Shown: piece after piece, positions 57,811 to 64,000 of the stretch
Numbering within the stretch: the stretch's first letter is position 1
Layout of the letters: each line of letters begins with the position of its first letter
Source of the DNA: Bacteroidia bacterium
GTDB lineage: Bacteria > Bacteroidota > Bacteroidia > SpSt-205
Reading direction: 5' to 3'
Assembly (NCBI GenBank): GCA_026414975.1
Contig: JAOAHZ010000007.1
Location: 70,727 to 134,726 of the forward strand
DNA length: 64,000 bases
Notes under the pieces: generated by a model
Told to the model about the DNA's origin: nothing
The model's database searches: none
Seen by the model: the letters and a program-made list of their open reading frames with translations, nothing else
Made by a program: the position numbers and the translations under genes

Positions 57811-60804
57811 ATGCGACATGTATATTCTGCCTTCCTCCTCTCCCTTCACCTATTACTAGCGCAAGAGGAACGGGTCGTGCCCACTCAACCCCGCACAGAA
57901 CCCAAGGCTACTCGTCCCTCTGCCATAACCATAACAGGGCAAGTAACCTCAGAACAAGGCGAGCCTCTTTCGGGAGCTTACATACGCGTGCAAGGTTCTG
58001 TCCAAGGAGCCGTAGCGGGAACCGATGGGAGCTTCAAACTGATCCTACTCTCTCCCTCGGACTCCATCCGGTTAGAGGTTTCCTTTGTAGGATATGAGCC
58101 GGCTATTCAGACCCTTTCCCTCCAGCAAGCTACGCAGCCTTTGAAGATTACCCTTCGAGAAGTAGGTACTCGAGCTCAGGAAGTAGTGATATCAGCTACG
58201 CGAGTGAGTGAGACAATCATGAATTCACCGGTTACCGTCCTAAAAATGAGCGCACGCGAGGTAATCGAAGCTCCCGGCCTCAATCTCATGCAGAACATCC
58301 CCTTTGTAAAGGGAGTGGAGCAAGTCTCCACCAGCTTGACCTTTCAGGTTGTCAATAGCCGCGGGTTCAATAGCACAAATAACACCCGCTTTGTGCAGCG
58401 GATGGATGGTGTAGAAATGCAAGCACCTGCGCTGAACTTTCCAGTAGGTGTGATTACGAATGCAGCGGACTTGGACATAGAAAGCGTAGAAATCACACCT
58501 GGCCCTGCCTCAGCTCTTTATGGCCCTAACGCTTTCAACGGGATTATGAATGTCTACACAAAAGACCCCTTTCGCTTTCCAGGCTTATCTGCAGCGGTGC
58601 GGGTGGGCATCAATCATATAGATGGTGTAGATACTACTCCTCAGCCCCTGTATGAAATAGCTGCACGCTATGCTTATGTCTGGAATAATCGCCTTGGCAT
58701 CAAGTTTCATGGTAGCTGGTTTGATGCTCATGACTGGATAGCTCAGGATGCTTCAGACCGAGGGAGCTATGCAGGAGTCCAAGGAGTCTACGCAATACCC
58801 GGTCCTCAAAACCCCGGTTACGATGCTGTAAATAGATACGGAGATGAAGCTCGCATAGGTCCAGCCGATATAAGCCGCTTAGCTGCAATCGGTGCAGCCA
58901 TAGAGGGCACAAACCGCAACTTAGGAGACCTAAACTTTTACATCGCCCGAACAGGATACTGGGAACGCGATATCATCCAGTATAGTGCTCGAGTAAGCAA
59001 AGCTACCGCAGGGATTTATTATCGCCTCTCAGATAAGGCTCAATTGAGTTATACAGGATTCATATCTACGGGCTCCACAGTTTATCAAAGCGTCAATCGG
59101 TATAGCCTTCGTTCATTCATCTACGGGGCAAACAAAGTAGAGCTTAGCGGACCAGATTACAAGGTATGGGTTTATGGGATAATAGAGGACGCAGGCAAAA
59201 GTTTCGACTCACGCTTTGCTGCACTGAACCTTCTCAGCTCCATCAAGCCTCACACAAACTGGATGGCTCAATATGTCCTGTCCTATACAGGACAACTATA
59301 CAACGCCTTAGAAAATATCCGTAGCGGCCTTGCTGACTCCTTAGGCATCCCAAGAGGAGGGGACCATGCAGCTTCGCGAGCATTCGCTGATTCCGACAGA
59401 GCTAATGCAGTCATTCCGTATTTTCAACAAATCGGCATACCCCCCCAAATCACTGGACTATTCACTGGGGGAGCCCGACCTGCTCCAGGAACACCCGAAT
59501 TCAGACGCGCTTTGAACACAGTGATAGGCCAGCCCAACTTCGCTCAAGGTGGCGCTCGTTTCGTAGACAGAAGCTCTCTCTATCACGCCGAAGGACAATA
59601 TGATCTTTCTAAACTCATCCGATTCGCCAACGTCTTAGTTGGCGGAAACTTTCGCTACTTCCTCATCAATTCCCAAGGCACGATTTTCTCTGACACCACA
59701 GGACCTATCGGTCTATGGGAATATGGCGGTTTTCTTCAAGCTAATCGTACCTTTTGGAAAGAGCGAATACGGCTTCTGGGCTCACTCCGATACGATAAAA
59801 ACAGGAACTTCCGGGGTCAGTTGACTCCACGGATAGGGGTGGTAGCCGCCATAGATAAAGCCAAAAATCACAACATCCGGGCTTCCTTCCAGACTGGCTT
59901 TCGCATGCCAACTCTTCAAGCCCAATACATAGACCTCAACTTAGGCCCCTTCAAGTTTATTGGGGCTCTGCGGCCTTCGGATGAAGCCTATGGCATCATT
60001 CGTAATAACTATTCCTTAGAGTCAGTCCAAGCCTTCAAAGACTCCCTCGCTCGCCGTACTCGCGGCTCATCTAACCCCGCTGATTACGCCAACTTGCTGC
60101 GAACCTTACCTATTGAGAACATTAAACCCGAACAAAACTACACCATAGAGGTAGGAACCCGCCACCTGTTAGCTAATAGAATCTACGTTGATATTGACTA
60201 CGCCTATACTTGGTACAACAACTTCATCGGCACGATAGATTTAGTCGGACCTCGACGCTATCCGACCGGAGACGGAAGGTATATCACCCCATCGCTCACC
60301 CCAGACTCTATCGCTCAAGACCGATTCAATATTTACCGGCGCTACTATAATAGCACCACTACAGTCTTCACCCATAATGTTGCCATCGCCCTCCAATATA
60401 CCATCAACCGCAATTTTTTCCTCAATACCAACTTCAACTATGCTGACATTATTCTCTCACAAGAGGCCCAAAAGGATAGACTTATCGCAGGCTTCAACAC
60501 ACCTCGGTATCGGGCTAATGTCTATCTCACAGGACGCGAGCTCCTGAGAAACAAACGGGGTGGATTCTCCATAGGGTACCGCTGGGTGAACGCCTATCTT
60601 TTCCAGGAGCCTTTCCATGAGCGAATCATCCCTACTTATCAGCTCCTGGACATGCAGCTTAGTTACAAATTCCCTAAGCTAAGTAGCGCTCTGCGCATCG
60701 GGGGTCAAAATATTCTAAACAACCGTCACATAGAAGTACCGGGTGGACCAACAATAGGTTCAATGTTTTATGTGCAGTGGATTTATGATCCCTTCTTACC
60801 GTGA
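57811..60804 (+). CDS. TonB-dependent receptor with N-terminal carboxypeptidase-regulatory-like domain
   Basis: GEPLSGA...VSFVGY, EVVISATR, NSRGFN, GPASALYGPNA, FQTGFRMPT, NILN. Confidence 0.92.
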   Translation: MRHVYSAFLLSLHLLLAQEERVVPTQPRTEPKATRPSAITITGQVTSEQGEPLSGAYIRVQGSVQGAVAGTDGSFKLILLSPSDSIRLEVSFVGYEPAIQTLSLQQATQPLKITLREVGTRAQEVVISATRVSETIMNSPVTVLKMSAREVIEAPGLNLMQNIPFVKGVEQVSTSLTFQVVNSRGFNSTNNTRFVQRMDGVEMQAPALNFPVGVITNAADLDIESVEITPGPASALYGPNAFNGIMNVYTKDPFRFPGLSAAVRVGINHIDGVDTTPQPLYEIAARYAYVWNNRLGIKFHGSWFDAHDWIAQDASDRGSYAGVQGVYAIPGPQNPGYDAVNRYGDEARIGPADISRLAAIGAAIEGTNRNLGDLNFYIARTGYWERDIIQYSARVSKATAGIYYRLSDKAQLSYTGFISTGSTVYQSVNRYSLRSFIYGANKVELSGPDYKVWVYGIIEDAGKSFDSRFAALNLLSSIKPHTNWMAQYVLSYTGQLYNALENIRSGLADSLGIPRGGDHAASRAFADSDRANAVIPYFQQIGIPPQITGLFTGGARPAPGTPEFRRALNTVIGQPNFAQGGARFVDRSSLYHAEGQYDLSKLIRFANVLVGGNFRYFLINSQGTIFSDTTGPIGLWEYGGFLQANRTFWKERIRLLGSLRYDKNRNFRGQLTPRIGVVAAIDKAKNHNIRASFQTGFRMPTLQAQYIDLNLGPFKFIGALRPSDEAYGIIRNNYSLESVQAFKDSLARRTRGSSNPADYANLLRTLPIENIKPEQNYTIEVGTRHLLANRIYVDIDYAYTWYNNFIGTIDLVGPRRYPTGDGRYITPSLTPDSIAQDRFNIYRRYYNSTTTVFTHNVAIALQYTINRNFFLNTNFNYADIILSQEAQKDRLIAGFNTPRYRANVYLTGRELLRNKRGGFSIGYRWVNAYLFQEPFHERIIPTYQLLDMQLSYKFPKLSSALRIGGQNILNNRHIEVPGGPTIGSMFYVQWIYDPFLP

Positions 60805-61026
60805 GATGAAGCGCCTCTCGCGAGGGAGCCCCTTCAACCCCCCAAGCGTCCCCCAACCTAATCTGCTCCCAAAGGTGGTTGGATAAGCTATCCGCCACTT
60901 TTCAAGAAAGTACTGCTAGTCTTCCTACCCATTCGGCCAGCATAAGCTAAGACACTCCTACTTCCCGTTGCCTCACAGGTTTTAGGATGGGGGGGAGACG
61001 ACTGCTTATCCTAATCGCGCAGGCCT

Positions 61027-61055
61027 TGCAACCTTTCCGAATGCTGATGCGTATA
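61027..61055 (+). promoter_or_regulatory. ECF sigma-type promoter (TGCAACCTTT...GCGTATA; AAC-N17-CGT)
   Basis: AAC at 61030-61032 and CGT at 61050-61052 are exactly 17 nt apart. Confidence 0.55.
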
Positions 61056-61059
61056 TATC

Positions 61060-61246
61060 TTGTGAAAACAAAAGACAGATACCTGAACGGACACGGAGCT
61101 CGGACCTCTGCCATGTGAGCTCTTCTGAAGGATAAGACCTTTCAGACCTCTGATCTTATATTGATATCCTCTGCGCCGACTCTTTATCCGTAGGTCTTTG
61201 AAGCAAGCCCAGCCAGGAGTCCCCCGGATGGGGGACTTTTCCTTTT
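61060..61246 (+). ncRNA. Candidate structured small RNA
   Basis: Bounded by the ECF-type promoter and a terminator; no long ORF; end-to-end complementarity and 3x CCTCTG. Confidence 0.45.
61218..61246 (+). terminator. Intrinsic terminator
   Basis: AGTCCCCC-GGAT-GGGGGACT followed by TTTCCTTTT. Confidence 0.85.
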
Positions 61247-61421
61247 ATCCCAGGTTTATCAAATATACAGCTTGAAAGGAGGATAAAGTGAGGCTTAGAT
61301 GGCGTAGGGCTGATCCTAAAAAAGAACCACCTCAATCTAAGTCAATGACTACCTCCAACAGTGTATTCATTTTAGGAAGCACTTGAAGTGCTGAACACTT
61401 CTCAAGTGTTGTATCTTTGGT

Positions 61422-62294
61422 ATGGGTATGAGCAGCGCTGTAGGGTCTCGCCCAGCGTGGCTGCGGGTCAAGCTCCCCTCAGGTGAAAACTACCGATTCG
61501 TTCGACGGGTAATAGATACGCATAAGCTACACACCGTATGCGAGAGTGCCCACTGCCCCAACATGGGAGAGTGCTGGGGAGCAGGTACAGCTACTTTTAT
61601 GATCCTGGGAAACATCTGCACACGCTCCTGCGGCTTTTGTGCGGTGATCACAGGTCGTCCGACAGAGTTAGATTGGGAAGAGCCAGAACGAGTCGCTCAA
61701 GCGGTAGAGCTGATGCAGCTCAAACACTGCGTCATAACGTCAGTCAACCGCGACGAGCTAAAGGATGGTGGAGCTGAAATATGGGCTCGTACCATTCGGG
61801 CCATCAAGACTCGCATGCCCGAAACTACTATAGAAGTTCTGCTGCCTGACTTCAAGGGCAACTGGGATGCCCTCTATCGCGTACTGGAGGAAAAACCAGA
61901 TGTGGTCTCTCACAATATGGAGACTGTCCGACGACTCTATAGACCTGTACGCCCTCAAGCTAAATATGAACGGAGCTTGGAACAGATTCGGCGTACAAAA
62001 GAGGCCGGTATGCGTACAAAGTCTGGCGCCATGCTCGGGTTGGGTGAATCGCATGAAGAGGTTTTAGAGCTCATGGCTGATCTCCTTCAGCATGGCTGCG
62101 ATGTCCTGACGCTAGGGCAATATTTACAGCCTACCCCAGCTCACCTGCCTGTGGTACGCTTCGTACCTCCGGAGGAGTTTGAAGCTTACGCTCGCATAGG
62201 ATTAGAAATGGGGTTTGATTATGTGGAGAGCGGCCCCTTGGTTAGATCGTCCTATCACTCTGAACGGCATGTGAAGCCCCGCCGAGCCTCATGA
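61422..62294 (+). CDS. lipA: Lipoyl synthase
   Basis: [42 protein letters not shown]; start 61422 or 61428. Confidence 0.97.
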   Translation: MGMSSAVGSRPAWLRVKLPSGENYRFVRRVIDTHKLHTVCESAHCPNMGECWGAGTATFMILGNICTRSCGFCAVITGRPTELDWEEPERVAQAVELMQLKHCVITSVNRDELKDGGAEIWARTIRAIKTRMPETTIEVLLPDFKGNWDALYRVLEEKPDVVSHNMETVRRLYRPVRPQAKYERSLEQIRRTKEAGMRTKSGAMLGLGESHEEVLELMADLLQHGCDVLTLGQYLQPTPAHLPVVRFVPPEEFEAYARIGLEMGFDYVESGPLVRSSYHSERHVKPRRAS

Positions 62295-64000
62295 GCTTTT
62301 TAGCGCCTGCGTATCTCTGGGGACTAATAGCCCTGACGATACCCATCATTGTGCATTTCTTCTATTTGCGTCGCTCAAGAAAGTATGAGTTCTCCCAAGC
62401 TGCTCTCGTAGAACAACTGCGTCGGGCGAGTCGTCCTATCTTACGGCTACGCCACTGGCTTCTTCTCCTTCTGCGACTGGCCTTAGTAACGGTGGTAGTT
62501 TTTCTTTTCGCTCGTCCTAAGATAAGCCCAACCCTATCGCCTAACCCAAGCGGAGCCTCTGTGGTGATCATCTGGGATGTATCCCCTTCCATGACGCCAG
62601 CTTTTCCCCAAGCTTATGCTCTCCTTGAAGAGGCTATTCAGCGAGACCCCCCTTTGTATGAGTACAAGCTCCTAACCACTGATAGTTATCTCCCAAAAGG
62701 AGGATTCGTCAGCGCTCGTCTTTTGATGGAGCGCTTGCGTAGCGTAAGGCCCGCTTCTATGGGCTACTCTATCGCCTCTTTCTTAGAACAGTCGGAGCTT
62801 CTCTTCTCAGGAGCTCAATACCTTCATCGCAAAGTTTATATTGTCTCGGACTTTCAGCGCAGTTCAGTCGGTCCCCTTACCCGACTTCGGAAGGAATCCT
62901 TAGGGGAAATCGTACTCATTCCCATCTCAAACTCGCTAAGCTCAAATGCCTACATAGATTCACTGCACACCCAGCGAGAGGGAGGTCAATGGCGAATACA
63001 TTATAGACTTCGGGGCGAAGCAGGCAAGATTTACCCTGTCCAAGTAAATGGGCAGCAGCGCTCCCTCTTACCAGGCAACTACGAAGAGAGCTTACCTCTC
63101 ACAGCTAAGCAGATTTCTATAAACATAGCAGGAGACGGCATAGATTTTGATAACCAAGTTTCAGCCGGTTTGCAGGAATCTCCCCAAAATAAGGTTCTTT
63201 GGACTATACCCTTGAGCGAGGCTTTCCTGCGGCTGCATCGTCTATTAGGAATAGAACCGTTACGAGACCAAACAAGGGATGAATGGCAGGCTGTTTCCAT
63301 TTGGGTGGGAGAGCTGGGGCGTTTGCCTGAATCCATCGCTACTTGGACAGCCGAAGGAGGAAATCTAATCCTTTTTCCCCCGACGGATCTTTCTCCTTCA
63401 GTCTGGCAAAAAGTTTTTCTGTCAGCCGAAATACCCTTTCCTCAGGCCAACTTTCCCTCTCAACCGTTAGCTGTACAGCCGGTCAACTCATCTTTCTGGG
63501 AGGGGGTCTTTTTCAGCGGAAATCCATCTGCTACTCTGGCGGAACCACTTACTGTAAAGGTTCTGTATAGGTTTCAGCATCCCACCGGACGAGTATTGCT
63601 GCGAGACGACCAAGGAAACGACCTACTGTGGGAGATACCCGTAGGCCGAGGACGAGTTTACTTATTTGCTTTCCCCTTAGAAGGAAGCAATCTAAGCTAC
63701 CACAGCCTTTGTGTGCCGCTTTTTGCTCGTCTGTATAGGTGGGAAGAAGAAACCGAGGAATCACTTTGGAAGGTAGAAGCTGGCAAACGCCGCACTTTTA
63801 GGATTCAAAGCGCCGAGCGCCCCCGACTGCGCCATATAGCTACTGATAGAGATTACATTCCCCCAGCAGAAAAGCGAGGCCCTGTCTGGCATTTTAGCTT
63901 CGGGGACCAGCCTCTTCCCTTAGGACTCTATGAAGTACGGGATGAGAAAGAAGCCTATGGCTATGTTGGACTCAATACGGCCGTAGAGGAATCTTCGTCG
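62291..64000 (+). CDS. BatA-domain protein (N-terminal double TM, vWA-like), runs off the window end
   Basis: Manual translation [28 protein letters not shown]...[12 protein letters not shown]...FARP, WDVSPSM, IVSDFQ; absent from the ORF track, consistent with no stop in the window. Confidence 0.85.
   Translation, partial: MSFLAPAYLWGLIALTIPIIVHFFYLRRSRKYEFSQAALVEQLRRASRPILRLRHWLLLLLRLALVTVVVFLFARPKISPTLSPNPSGASVVIIWDVSPSMTPAFPQAYALLEEAIQRDPPLYEYKLLTTDSYLPKGGFVSARLLMERLRSVRPASMGYSIASFLEQSELLFSGAQYLHRKVYIVSDFQRSSVGPLTRLRKESLGEIVLIPISNSLSSNAYIDSLHTQREGGQWRIHYRLRGEAGKIYPVQVNGQQRSLLPGNYEESLPLTAKQISINIAGDGIDFDNQVSAGLQESPQNKVLWTIPLSEAFLRLHRLLGIEPLRDQTRDEWQAVSIWVGELGRLPESIATWTAEGGNLILFPPTDLSPSVWQKVFLSAEIPFPQANFPSQPLAVQPVNSSFWEGVFFSGNPSATLAEPLTVKVLYRFQHPTGRVLLRDDQGNDLLWEIPVGRGRVYLFAFPLEGSNLSYHSLCVPLFARLYRWEEETEESLWKVEAGKRRTFRIQSAERPRLRHIATDRDYIPPAEKRGPVWHFSFGDQPLPLGLYEVRDEKEAYGYVGLNTAVEESSS

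Noticed and set aside
1..64000. CRISPR array, prophage, IS element or defence island
   Set aside because: No regularly spaced direct repeats and no ORF with transposase, integrase, Cas or phage motifs seen

Overview
Compact, housekeeping-rich chromosomal segment from a Bacteroidota bacterium. The assignment rests on TAnnTTTG promoters, T9SS cargo proteins, bamD-rpoZ-coaBC-porD synteny, MurF-Alr and GH3-beta-lactamase fusions and TonB-dependent receptors. It holds about 50 protein genes (rpsL-rpsG-fusA', gcvP, sufCD, smpB, gmhA, htpG, nuoB, recQ, kdsD, secG, birA, coaX, gpsA, lipA and others) and one tRNA-Asn(GTT). I saw no CRISPR array, prophage, transposase or defence system. Most notable: (1) the -7 promoter octamer TAnnTTTG sits only about 2-8 nt upstream of most transcription-unit start codons, implying pervasive leaderless or near-leaderless mRNAs; (2) the tRNA-Asn has the same 4-nt promoter geometry and an atypical G1:C72 first pair, suggesting leader-free tRNA synthesis; (3) an unannotated ~180-nt candidate sRNA with an ECF-type promoter, three CCTCTG repeats and a terminator upstream of lipA; (4) a 17-bp perfect GC hairpin at the centre of a structured spacer upstream of gcvP; (5) a SulP gene split by one extra G; (6) very short signal peptides ending in W-[AG]-Q, including one on a RidA protein. 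All calls come from reading the sequence; no searches were run.
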